From IMG/VR virus record IMGVR_UViG_3300020037_004820: a stretch of DNA of 64,000 nt; one strand, written 5' to 3'. The notes below the pieces were generated by a model. It was not told the origin of the DNA, did no database searches, and saw only the letters and a program-made list of their open reading frames with translations. The stretch's first letter is position 1. The number at the start of each line of letters is the position of its first letter. The translations under genes were made by a program, and so were the position numbers. Source of the stretch: a virus (Duplodnaviria > Caudoviricetes). Shown here piece after piece: positions 19,167-28,092 of this stretch.

Positions 19167-19248
19167 CCGGATGTAGTCGCGTTGGCCTTCTAAGCCGATA
19201 AGGGTAATGGAACTGAAAATGCAGGTTCGAGTCCTGTCATCCGGGCCA
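19167..19248 (+). tRNA. D-arm-less tRNA-Arg(UCU)-like RNA with 22-nt variable region
   Basis: CCGGATG/CATCCGG-GCCA; only TAGTCGCG before TTGGC-CT-TCT-AA-GCCGA; canonical T arm. Confidence 0.75.
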
Positions 19249-19306
19249 AATTCAAAGTACAGAGTAATGTCGCACTCTATGACAGTTTGCACAAAAAGGA
19301 ACAAAA

Positions 19307-19900
19307 ATGAGCACTGTAGTAAAGCCCTGGTTGGATAATTCTTTTGATGTGTATTTTTTCGATTTGAACACTGAAACTGGCGCATATTATTACTATGCGG
19401 ATCTGGGTAATATTCCGATTCCTGATCATCTAGATCAAGCGTGGATTAGTAATGAACCAGATTTTTATCTTCTTGATCTGAATGATGAGGAAGGATATTG
19501 GTGTTATTACCCGGAATTCTCTAGCTTGAAGGATTACCTTCTTTGCGAAGGGGATTTTGCAATCAATGAATCTGATTGTGATTATTGTGAATCTGATCCA
19601 TATGATTACTTCTTCGATAAGATCGAGGAATTGGAAACTCGAATGGATCGCATTGCCCAGGATTTGGAGGAATTGATTGCTCAATCTTCCCGCCCTACAT
19701 ATGTCACTACATATGTAGACCAAAGTTTGACAGAGAGTGAACTTTCTTGGGCACGCAATCGTCAAGCAGAATGGTATACTGCTTATCGAAAGGAATACAA
19801 TCTGACTGATGCTGATTATGTTGATTATGTTGATGAGCAGTGCATTTTGGATTGGCTTGCTGCTAAGTTTACTATTTCTAAGCCCGCTCAACATATCTGA
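19307..19900 (+). CDS. Acidic hypothetical protein carrying the shared C-terminal 'LxWLxxxF' segment
   Basis: AAGGA SD; 197 aa. Confidence 0.75.
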   Translation: MSTVVKPWLDNSFDVYFFDLNTETGAYYYYADLGNIPIPDHLDQAWISNEPDFYLLDLNDEEGYWCYYPEFSSLKDYLLCEGDFAINESDCDYCESDPYDYFFDKIEELETRMDRIAQDLEELIAQSSRPTYVTTYVDQSLTESELSWARNRQAEWYTAYRKEYNLTDADYVDYVDEQCILDWLAAKFTISKPAQHI

Positions 19901-19903
19901 TAT

Positions 19904-19977
19904 GCGTCTTTAGCTCAATCGCGTAGAGCACTTTCCTCTTAAGGAATAGGTTTTGAGTTCGAGTCTCAAAAGGCGCA
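19904..19977 (+). tRNA. tRNA-Lys(CUU), CCA not encoded
   Basis: GCGTCTT/AAGGCGC; loop CT-CTT-AA; ends ACGA. Confidence 0.8.
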
Positions 19978-20139
19978 CGAAAACTGTTCGAATCTAACTC
20001 CGATGACACAGCTCGGTTAGATTGTGAAAGTCTAACGATCCCCGTTTGGGATTGCAAATCGACAATAACCGGATCAGACAAGCCGTATGGATTTCGGCTC
20101 CCTTAACAGGGAATAACAAGTGTTCTGATTTAGACATAT

Positions 20140-20222
20140 TCAGGGATGATGTAATTGGAAAACATACCGGGTTAGATAATTTCAAAGCCTGGTTTCTGTA
20201 GGTTCAACTCCTACTCCCTGAT
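20140..20222 (+). ncRNA. tRNA-like RNA with enlarged anticodon arm (12-nt loop)
   Basis: TCAGGGA/TCCCTGA; ATGT/ACAT D arm; CCGGGTT-AGATAATTTCAA-AGCCTGG; GTAGG-TTCAACT-CCTAC. Confidence 0.7.
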
Positions 20223-20242
20223 TTCAAACACAGGATATTAAA

Positions 20243-20515
20243 ATGATTGAAGTTGGAAAAAATTATTATTCGGAAAATAAAATGTATTATTTTACACTTG
20301 TTTGGGAATTTGATATCCCCCGTTATAGGGTCTTTAAAAAACGAGAATATCTTTCCTTTTTTCTAAAGAAAAAGAAAGTTATTTGGGAACAAGTAACTGA
20401 ACTTTATATTGGATCTGCAAGAAATGCAGATGTATTTGAATCTAGAAAGAAAGATACACTTGAATGTATAAATTATTTGGAAAGATGTGATTTACAAAAA
20501 CAAAAATCAATATAG
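20243..20515 (+). CDS. Hypothetical protein
   Basis: AGGA SD; stop overlaps first bases of tRNA-Trp. Confidence 0.65.
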   Translation: MIEVGKNYYSENKMYYFTLVWEFDIPRYRVFKKREYLSFFLKKKKVIWEQVTELYIGSARNADVFESRKKDTLECINYLERCDLQKQKSI

Positions 20516-20583
20516 GCTAGATACAGGGTATGCCGAGAACTCCAAATTCTTGATCGAGAGTTCGAGTCTCTCCTAGCCTGCCA
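20514..20583 (+). tRNA. tRNA-Trp(CCA) with miniature D arm (70 nt)
   Basis: AGGCTAG/CTAGCCT-GCCA; ATAC-AGG-GTAT; GAGAA-CT-CCA-AA-TTCTT. Confidence 0.8.
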
Positions 20584-20626
20584 ATAAACTTGTAAATTTT
20601 TTTTAGAGTTCGATACTATTTAGAGC

Positions 20627-21088
20627 ATGAAATATTGCCCTAAATGTAAAGAAAATAAAGACGAAAAAGAGTTTAATAAAAATTCTAAAAAAGAAGACGG
20701 TCTACAATCCTATTGTAGAGATTGTCAGAAAAAATCTGATCGAAATTCTTATATAAACAATCCTAAACGGCGAGAAGCTATTAGAGTAAGTGACCAGAAA
20801 CGTATATCAGAGATTAGAAATTTCGTATATACGTTTCTGCTTACACATCCCTGTAAAGATTGTGAAGAAAAAGATCCGATAGTTTTAGAATTCGATCATC
20901 AGTTAGATAAAAAATTTGATATATCAGACGGAATGAGAAGATTTAATTTAGATCGAATTAAATCTGAAATTAGCAAATGCGAAGTAGTTTGTTCTAACTG
21001 TCATAAAAGACGAACTGCAAAGCAATACAATAATTGGAAAATAAAATACGCCGACATAGCACAATCTGTTAGTGCAGCGCACTTGTAA
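20627..21088 (+). CDS. HNH endonuclease, paralogue of 16208; stop lies inside tRNA-Thr
   Basis: MKYCPKC..CKDC..VLEFDH..KCEVVCSNCHKRRT. Confidence 0.85.
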   Translation: MKYCPKCKENKDEKEFNKNSKKEDGLQSYCRDCQKKSDRNSYINNPKRREAIRVSDQKRISEIRNFVYTFLLTHPCKDCEEKDPIVLEFDHQLDKKFDISDGMRRFNLDRIKSEISKCEVVCSNCHKRRTAKQYNNWKIKYADIAQSVSAAHL

Positions 21089-21126
21089 TGCGCAGGTTCT
21101 CGGTTAAAATCCGAGTGTCGGCTCCA
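21050..21126 (+). tRNA. tRNA-Thr(UGU)
   Basis: GCGCA-CT-TGT-AA-TGCGC; U73; CCA. Confidence 0.92.
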
Positions 21127-21286
21127 AATACTAAGGAACCTTCTATGTCAGCAGATAGAGAAGTAAGTGATGGCCATGAGTGGAACAAGCAGAAACGTAC
21201 TGATTTCACTATAGCCGAAATTGTTGGAGTTATTATCCTTTTAATAACTGTTATTTGTATTGGTGTCCTTTAATCAAAGGAGATAT

Positions 21287-21994
21287 ATGACTGTTAAAAT
21301 ATATGAAGTGGGTGGAGCAGTTCGCGATCAATTTCGAGGAGTTAAGTCCAACGATATTGATTTTGCAGTTGAGGCTTCGTCTTATGAAGAAATGAAAGAT
21401 TATGTTCTTTTCTCAGGTGCAGCAATTTTTATTGAACATCCTGAATTCGTTACCATTCGCGCAAAATGGTGTCCTCCTGGCTTAACTAAAGCTGTTCCTT
21501 GTGACTTCACATTATGCAGAAAAGAAGGAGAATACCTTGATAATAGGCATCCTTCTTCTTGTGAACCTGGCTCAATCATTGAAGATTTAGCGCGCAGAGA
21601 TTTTACAGTAAATGCTATTGCTAAAGACTGTGTAACTGGTGAATTCATTGATCCTTTTGATGGTAGAAAGGATATCGAACATCGTATAATTCGTTGTGTT
21701 GGAGATCCCAATAAGCGTTTTGTTGAAGACGCTTTGCGTATCATGCGAGCAATTCGCTTTAGCATTTGTATGCAATTTGATATTCATTGTACAACGCAGG
21801 CAGCACTGTTTAACAATCTTGATCTCTTAGATAAGATTTCCGCAGAACGAATCCTGGCGGAATTACATAAGATGTTCAGGTATGATTCTTTGGTGACGCT
21901 TAAAGAACTAAGCAAATTCAATAGATATCAATTATCTAAAATGTTCAATGAGCGAACGGGTATTTGGTTAGAACCTACAATGAGGGAAAAATAA
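21287..21994 (+). CDS. cca: tRNA nucleotidyltransferase (class II CCA-adding/poly(A) polymerase family)
   Basis: VGGAVRD..DID, EDLARRDFTVNAIA, DPFDG, RFVEDALRIMRAIRF, SAERI. Confidence 0.92.
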   Translation: MTVKIYEVGGAVRDQFRGVKSNDIDFAVEASSYEEMKDYVLFSGAAIFIEHPEFVTIRAKWCPPGLTKAVPCDFTLCRKEGEYLDNRHPSSCEPGSIIEDLARRDFTVNAIAKDCVTGEFIDPFDGRKDIEHRIIRCVGDPNKRFVEDALRIMRAIRFSICMQFDIHCTTQAALFNNLDLLDKISAERILAELHKMFRYDSLVTLKELSKFNRYQLSKMFNERTGIWLEPTMREK

Positions 21995-22255
21995 ATGAAA
22001 GTTGTTAATAAACAAGTTCCGACAATTTATGTAGAAGTCCAATCATTAAAAGTTGGAGAATTGTTTAGATATTATCCTAATACAGCCTTGGATGAGGTTT
22101 ATATGGTTGTAGATTCTTCCCGATTTACAACCACTATAAGTGATTTTCCTAATATACAAACTGTTGTGTGTTTGAAAACAGGTAGTCTTTATACATCTCA
22201 AAAAACTTCCAGAGTCATTCCTATGATGGGACAAGTGGAAATTTGGGATAAGTAA
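21995..22255 (+). CDS. Hypothetical protein
   Basis: Abuts cca. Confidence 0.65.
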   Translation: MKVVNKQVPTIYVEVQSLKVGELFRYYPNTALDEVYMVVDSSRFTTTISDFPNIQTVVCLKTGSLYTSQKTSRVIPMMGQVEIWDK

Positions 22256-22429
22256 TGAAGAGAGATTATCAATTTTATTGGATTAAATGGAACCAATCTA
22301 AGGAATTGGTTGTAGCAGAGAAAAAAGAAAGTGGATATTATATCCCTGGATGGGAAATTGCTGTAGATGAGTCCAAGTTTACAGTTTTAAAGAAAATTAA
22401 ATCTCCAGAGAAAAATTAAGGTGTAAATA

Positions 22430-22618
22430 ATGAGTTTGATTACAGCGTTTGTTATTATGTTTTCTAATATGGGAAGTAATGCTCCTAAGTTTGAGGTGAT
22501 TGATATGCCTCCAATGTATATTGTTGCAAATATGAAAGAGTATTCTCCTGAAGATAATGTTCGAGAATCGATAAAGATTCTTCGGAAGTATACTCCAACA
22601 TATATGGACATGGAATGA
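22430..22618 (+). CDS. Small hypothetical protein
   Basis: AAGGTG SD. Confidence 0.5.
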   Translation: MSLITAFVIMFSNMGSNAPKFEVIDMPPMYIVANMKEYSPEDNVRESIKILRKYTPTYMDME

Positions 22619-22730
22619 TTATAGTAGGTGCAATATGTTTAGAGATAGGAATATTTCTAGGTTTATTGCTTAGGTTGAGCTATTTAGCTCGTACTAAACG
22701 AAATGAAAAAATTGTGAAGATATTCACATA

Positions 22731-22942
22731 GATTAGGCGGTAGGCTTAAGAGTAGCCAGAGATTGTAGTTCAATTTCTCATTCCGTTAAAGAGTAATAAC
22801 TGAGGCTAAGATAGACCAATAGGATAACCAGATCTAGTAACGTAGAAATGTTACTAGAGTTATCTAAAGAATCCACTGAACAGGAGAGAGTTTGTTTTAC
22901 AAGGCTATAACCAGTTATTTTTGGTGTAACAACACACTAATC
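22731..22942 (+). ncRNA. RNA mimic of the 23S rRNA L11-binding/GTPase-associated domain (H43-H44) with two helical insertions
   Basis: GATTAG/CTAATC closing stem; GTAGGCTTAAGAGTAGCCA, TTAAAGA and GTGTAACAACACAC are collinear with 23S 1051-1108 motifs. Confidence 0.75.
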
Positions 22943-22945
22943 ACG

Positions 22946-22976
22946 CAAGGATCGGTTAACCGATCCTTTGTCGTTT
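22946..22976 (+). terminator. Intrinsic terminator after rRNA-mimic RNA
   Basis: AAGGATCGG-TTAA-CCGATCCTT then TGTCGTTT. Confidence 0.7.
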
Positions 22977-22986
22977 AAGGATCAAA

Positions 22987-23313
22987 ATGAGTTCCAAAAG
23001 AGTTTGGGAAATTTGGTGCCCAGGTGTTCATGTTATGGAAAGAATTAAATTAGAAATACCTGAGATTGCTGCACGTTTCTTTTTTAATGATCATTGTACA
23101 ATTTATCCAACTGAACCAGAAGTTTATAAGATGGAAATGCTTAATGTTGAAACGAATAAATGGGTTGCATCTGAAAGACTTCGTTGGAATAGAATTGGAA
23201 AATATGTGCATTTTCCAGTAAATAATATGGCAGAGTTTTTCCCTATAAAAGAAGGCTATATCAATGCCGTAAATGATATGGTTAATTATCTGAAAAAGAA
23301 TCCGCGACCGTGA
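22987..23313 (+). CDS. Hypothetical protein
   Basis: AAGGA SD. Confidence 0.65.
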   Translation: MSSKRVWEIWCPGVHVMERIKLEIPEIAARFFFNDHCTIYPTEPEVYKMEMLNVETNKWVASERLRWNRIGKYVHFPVNNMAEFFPIKEGYINAVNDMVNYLKKNPRP

Positions 23314-23336
23314 TCGGCGCCTGTCGAGGCTGGCCC

Positions 23337-23364
23337 TTGCCATCGCCCGCAAGGTGCCTACAGT
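23337..23364 (+). promoter_or_regulatory. Promoter TTGCCA-N16-TACAGT in GC-rich island
   Basis: 16-bp spacer class. Confidence 0.5.
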
Positions 23365-23429
23365 CCATATTGAGGCAATGCGCCACGCTGGCGCGGCCTT
23401 GACCCTACCTTGCCAAGCGGAGGCTCACA

Positions 23430-24098
23430 GTGCAAGACCCTGAATATTTCAATATGGAAAAGCGAGAAACTTATCACTTTCATCAAATGGAAAATGATAA
23501 TATAAGTGTAGATAAATTCTTGGAGTCCTTTCATTCGGAAATTCAAGAGTTTCTAATTCAATTAGAAAGAACCCTAGGATTTTATCCCTCTCCTAGAGAA
23601 GTTAATTTTACATATGAAATTGATTATCCAAATGAGCGTGGTTACGATTTTGAAGGTGTGGCCTACGGAAAGTTTACATATAAACATATAGAAGCAGATA
23701 ATGATCATTATCTGAGAATTTCACAAGAGCTTTCTGCAATGAAAGCTTTTTATGCTTGCAAAGTTAAACAAGCAAATGATCTTGTGGAATCTAAAAAGAT
23801 CACTCCAGTAAACTTGATTCAAGAAGATCATTATAAAACTAAGAGAAATAAAGCTCTTGCTCATCTTATGACATTGGCTTTCAATGATTCAACTTATGAA
23901 GCTGTTCTTCGAGAGATAAAGAAATATTCTCCTGAGCAATTGAAAGCTGAAAACGATCAACGTAAAGCGAATGCGAATATTGATCTCGAACATCACATTA
24001 AGGCTCTAGAGCGTCAAATTAGATTTTTGAAAAAAACAGATATTCTCATTCAATATCTTAATGAATTGTATCCGCAATTTGCGAAGAAAGGAGAATAA
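23430..24098 (+). CDS. Hypothetical protein
   Basis: GGAGG SD, GTG start, 222 aa. Confidence 0.7.
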   Translation: MQDPEYFNMEKRETYHFHQMENDNISVDKFLESFHSEIQEFLIQLERTLGFYPSPREVNFTYEIDYPNERGYDFEGVAYGKFTYKHIEADNDHYLRISQELSAMKAFYACKVKQANDLVESKKITPVNLIQEDHYKTKRNKALAHLMTLAFNDSTYEAVLREIKKYSPEQLKAENDQRKANANIDLEHHIKALERQIRFLKKTDILIQYLNELYPQFAKKGE

Positions 24099-24099
24099 C

Positions 24100-24393
24100 A
24101 TGAAGAAATATGAAATTGATTGTTGGGAATTGACAACACTATCTGGAGATGGTGTAAGAGATGAACATGTTGCATTTATTGCTTCAAAATCAGAAGCAGA
24201 TAAGTATGCGAAAAAACACTCAATTGGATGGCCAGTATCTGTAACTCGTTATAGGAAGACTATAGTTGTCTGGGATTCAGAAGAAGAACTGGAATATAAT
24301 TCTCCATTAAGCATTAAGAAAAGAGCCTTGAACAAGATTAAGACTTTGGAGTTATCGGAAGAAGAATTGCGTATTCTAGGAATAGCGCTCTAA
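24100..24393 (+). CDS. Hypothetical protein
   Basis: AGGAG SD; LSEEELRILG tail. Confidence 0.7.
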   Translation: MKKYEIDCWELTTLSGDGVRDEHVAFIASKSEADKYAKKHSIGWPVSVTRYRKTIVVWDSEEELEYNSPLSIKKRALNKIKTLELSEEELRILGIAL

Positions 24394-24801
24394 TATGAAT
24401 TTATCAGCAATCATATCTAAATTCCTAAACGAATTATGGTTGCTTATTGTACAATTTTGGTCAAGTTGGAAAACGATTAGGTTAGAAGGAAGATAAATTG
24501 CTTTTGACAATTACTGCGGGCAATGTGTTGACAGGATTAGCATTTCTTGGTGTGTTTACTCTCTTTTGCTGCATATCTTTATTCATAGTAGTAGCAACAC
24601 ATGTTCCAGTTCCAGAAAAACCTTTGAAGGAGAACGATGATGAGCTTTTTTGATATATGGGGAGCATGTATAGTTTTAGTATTGGGAGTTGGACTAAGCA
24701 TAGTGTTGATAATGCTATTGCTGCATTTTACATTCTCTACTAAATGGATAAAGGCTAAAAACAATAAGCCTAGTAAATTGACATAGCATATTGGAGTGAG
24801 T

Positions 24802-25128
24802 ATGTTTGTCTTAGATATGCTAAATAAAGACAAAGTGTTTCGTCAGATAATAAGAGAGATTCGATCAGAATTTTCTTCTTTTGAGTATTTAAGAATTGTA
24901 CCTCAAGAGGTATATATCAATATTGTTATTCCGATTATGAATACTGTATGTAATAAATATCTCGGAGGTCCAGATATTTATTATTCTTTTGCCTTAGAAC
25001 GTGCTGCGCATGATAAGACAAGAGATAGGATTGAATTAGAAATTGGACTCTTTATTAAAGAAGCTTATGAAGAAGAATCATTTAAACGTTATAAGTTTTC
25101 TTTATCTTTCCAAGGAAATGGAAAATGA
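24802..25128 (+). CDS. Hypothetical protein
   Basis: GGAG SD; coupled to mnmA. Confidence 0.6.
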   Translation: MFVLDMLNKDKVFRQIIREIRSEFSSFEYLRIVPQEVYINIVIPIMNTVCNKYLGGPDIYYSFALERAAHDKTRDRIELEIGLFIKEAYEEESFKRYKFSLSFQGNGK

Positions 25129-26189
25129 AAATTGCAGTTTTAACAAGTGGTGGTGTTGATTCTGCTTTTGCATTGCATAATTTGCAACGTGAAGGACATG
25201 ATGTTACAGCTCATTATTTGAAGATCTGGAATCCTCAATATGAACAAGAAGGATCATCTTGTCCTTGGCAAGAAGATGTCGATAGCGTTAAAGCTATTTG
25301 TACGTTATTGAACGTTCCAATGGTGATTCACAATCTCCAGATTGAGTATGAATTTACAGTAATGGCGTATATGCTTGAGGAATTGAAAGCAGGCAGAACA
25401 CCTAATCCAGATGTTTACTGCAATCCTTATATCAAATTCGGAGCATTCTTCGATAATATTTCATTTAAAGAATATGATTATGTTGCTTCGGGACATTATG
25501 CAACAAAGAAGAATATAGAGGATGATCACATTTATTGGCATTCTGGTGATCCTCTTAAGGATCAATCATTCTTTCTATCTAAAGTAAAACCTGAACAGTT
25601 CAAAAAGATTATCTTTCCTTGTTCGACATTTGGAAAGAAATATATTAGAGCTTATGCAGCGACTTATAATCTTCCTCAAAAAGATAAGAAAGATTCGCAA
25701 GGATTATGCTTCATCGGAAAGGTGAACTATTCAGAATTTATTAGCAAATATATCCCCAATGTCCCTGGTCCAATTATTGATGTGACAACTTCACAAGTTG
25801 TTGGGGAACATAATGGATTACATTTATATACGATTGGTCAAAGGCATGGAATAGAAGTTAGCAATGGTCCATGGTATGTATCGTCTAAAAATATAGACAG
25901 TAATATATTGTATATTATTAACAGAGTGCATCTTCATCGAACTATGACTGATATAATGCCAATTACCAAAGCTAATTGGAATGGTATACCTAAGTATTTC
26001 AAATATAAGCATCCACAAGTCAAACTATTGACTGGAAAATATGTAATTAACTCTTCTTTTCATAATCCTCAGCAGGATGAAGCTATATTGTTAGATGAGA
26101 AAATTTCTTATCTTTCTTTTTCACCTGGACAAGTTGTTGCAGTTTATGACGAAGATCATAAACTGATAGGAAATTGTGTGGTGAGATGA
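25125..26189 (+). CDS. mnmA: tRNA-specific 2-thiouridylase
   Basis: SGGVDS, TPNPDVYCN, SGHYA, KDQSFFL, DSQGLCF, YTIGQR and PGQ motifs. Confidence 0.95.
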   Translation: MKIAVLTSGGVDSAFALHNLQREGHDVTAHYLKIWNPQYEQEGSSCPWQEDVDSVKAICTLLNVPMVIHNLQIEYEFTVMAYMLEELKAGRTPNPDVYCNPYIKFGAFFDNISFKEYDYVASGHYATKKNIEDDHIYWHSGDPLKDQSFFLSKVKPEQFKKIIFPCSTFGKKYIRAYAATYNLPQKDKKDSQGLCFIGKVNYSEFISKYIPNVPGPIIDVTTSQVVGEHNGLHLYTIGQRHGIEVSNGPWYVSSKNIDSNILYIINRVHLHRTMTDIMPITKANWNGIPKYFKYKHPQVKLLTGKYVINSSFHNPQQDEAILLDEKISYLSFSPGQVVAVYDEDHKLIGNCVVR

Positions 26190-26190
26190 T

Positions 26191-26403
26191 ATGATATCAA
26201 AAGAAAAATCAATTGAAACAGATTATTCACCTTATGTTGGAAAAAAAGTTATTAAAGCTAACAAACCCTTTAAAAGTGGAAATAAAATAAATACTGTGTT
26301 ATCTGTAACGGAACATCCTATGTTACATATTCCTGCTTTTACATTTATAGAGGATGATTCTATTGTGGAATGTAGACGTTGTGAATTACTTGATAAAGGA
26401 TAA
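26191..26403 (+). CDS. Small hypothetical protein
   Basis: ORF in run (KPFKSG..VECRRC). Confidence 0.65.
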   Translation: MISKEKSIETDYSPYVGKKVIKANKPFKSGNKINTVLSVTEHPMLHIPAFTFIEDDSIVECRRCELLDKG

Positions 26404-26408
26404 GGATT

Positions 26409-27185
26409 GTGATAAATCTACAAGATTGGGTAAAACGTCCAGTAATAAAGCTTAAAGATGCCAAGGGCATATCTGTTATAGAATATGATTACATATATGA
26501 ACTAATAACCTTTATTAGAAATGGGATATCAGATTTATTGTCAAAAAATAGTTTTTTATCTCCGTTTGAAGAAACAGAGATATATGATGATTTGATTATA
26601 AAGTCTGATCTAGCTATTTTTATAGCTAATATGTTTTATGAAGGAAGTAATATACCTCAAAATGAGGTAATCAATAGCTTCCTAAAAGCTTCTTCACAAG
26701 ATACATATATAGATGTTTTTATACCAACTGCGCTTCATAATAAATTGGCATTATTGTACTTAAGTAAAGAATATCATTATTCTACATTTATTTTTACATT
26801 TTTTACTTTAGAAGAACTGAATGGTTTATTTAAACCATCTTCTAGTATAGATTCTTATATTCATAAAAATAAATCTAATTGGGATGTATATGGATTAGTT
26901 GATTATACGAATAGAGGGGATGTTGAAATTTATGAAAAAGCTACATTTTATTGGCATAGTCCTTTATTTGTATACATTAAAAATGTATATGTAACTACTC
27001 TAGAACTTAAAGAGTATTTAACAAATGCCTCTTACGCATTACAACTTCCTTGGGAATACTATCCTTATCTTTCATTTAATGATCCACTCTTATATGAAGA
27101 AGATGTATGTCAACCTTGTAAAGAAAAATTGAAATGGATTAATCTTTATCTACAATGTCCTAACTGTAAAAAACTATACGGGTAA
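26409..27185 (+). CDS. Hypothetical protein with C-terminal Zn ribbon
   Basis: CQPC..CPNC at C-terminus. Confidence 0.7.
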   Translation: MINLQDWVKRPVIKLKDAKGISVIEYDYIYELITFIRNGISDLLSKNSFLSPFEETEIYDDLIIKSDLAIFIANMFYEGSNIPQNEVINSFLKASSQDTYIDVFIPTALHNKLALLYLSKEYHYSTFIFTFFTLEELNGLFKPSSSIDSYIHKNKSNWDVYGLVDYTNRGDVEIYEKATFYWHSPLFVYIKNVYVTTLELKEYLTNASYALQLPWEYYPYLSFNDPLLYEEDVCQPCKEKLKWINLYLQCPNCKKLYG

Positions 27186-27189
27186 TAAA

Positions 27190-27471
27190 ATGAATAAGCC
27201 AATAGAACCTTACTATGTTTTGAGCTTAGATGAATACGATGAAAAGACTCTTAGATCAGAAATAAACAGAAGAGAACGTCTAAGACGAGACAATAAATGT
27301 GATTATTGTGAAAGATTATATAACACAGTTCCATCTTGTAGATTTCCAGAAAGACATAATCTTAGAATAATAGATTATGAAAAAGCAGAAGAAGATCAAG
27401 CTAGAATGAATTATGATAGAGATCATCCTGGTCCATATTGCATGTGTGGAAAATGTAGATACGGTTACTAA
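27190..27471 (+). CDS. Cys-rich hypothetical protein
   Basis: CDYC..C..H; CMCGKC. Confidence 0.65.
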   Translation: MNKPIEPYYVLSLDEYDEKTLRSEINRRERLRRDNKCDYCERLYNTVPSCRFPERHNLRIIDYEKAEEDQARMNYDRDHPGPYCMCGKCRYGY

Positions 27472-27544
27472 AGATGAATGAAATGTCAGAAACTCAATTG
27501 TTTATTCTAGGTAAATTGGAAGTTAGAGATCCCAGGAGTGTGAA

Positions 27545-27793
27545 ATGATAAATACTACAGTGTATTACGTCTTTCGACGAGATGATGGTTATATAAATGC
27601 CACAACTAATCCAGTTTTAAAAAACATAAAGATTCTATTTCAGTCTACTTCTTGGGCAGAAGCTAAGGCTGTTATAGAACAAGAAACTAACTTCAAAAGA
27701 GGATTATGCTGGAATCCATATAAGCAAGAGTTTCAGAGGTATAATAGCATTTTAACTGAACTTAATCAACCTGCATATATGGGAGTTGGATAA
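27545..27793 (+). CDS. Hypothetical protein
   Basis: AGGAG SD. Confidence 0.6.
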   Translation: MINTTVYYVFRRDDGYINATTNPVLKNIKILFQSTSWAEAKAVIEQETNFKRGLCWNPYKQEFQRYNSILTELNQPAYMGVG

Positions 27794-28092
27794 TGGCAAT
27801 TAATACAGTAACGATTAGTACAAAGGGACCTTTGTGTATGCGTAGGCTGCGTACAGAAGGCTTCTATGATAAGGATCTGATTGTAAAATCAGAAAATGGG
27901 TATAATTTTATAGATTTAGAGTATTTCACTGATAACACTGTTAAGATAACTTGTATGGAAGATCTAGAAGGAACTATAGCATATGATGCTTGTATAGATA
28001 TTGACGAGTTGATAGTTGCATTGAACAGGTTGAAATATTTACATGGAAACAAAAATAAAAACAAAGACAAAAAAGAAGAAGAAAACATATGA
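27793..28092 (+). CDS. Hypothetical protein
   Basis: TAATG coupling. Confidence 0.6.
   Translation: MAINTVTISTKGPLCMRRLRTEGFYDKDLIVKSENGYNFIDLEYFTDNTVKITCMEDLEGTIAYDACIDIDELIVALNRLKYLHGNKNKNKDKKEEENI

Noticed and set aside
22731-22942. Genuine rRNA gene fragment or host contamination
   Set aside because: Similarity is limited to H43-H44 motifs, is interrupted by two inserts, and is flanked by phage ORFs and its own terminator.
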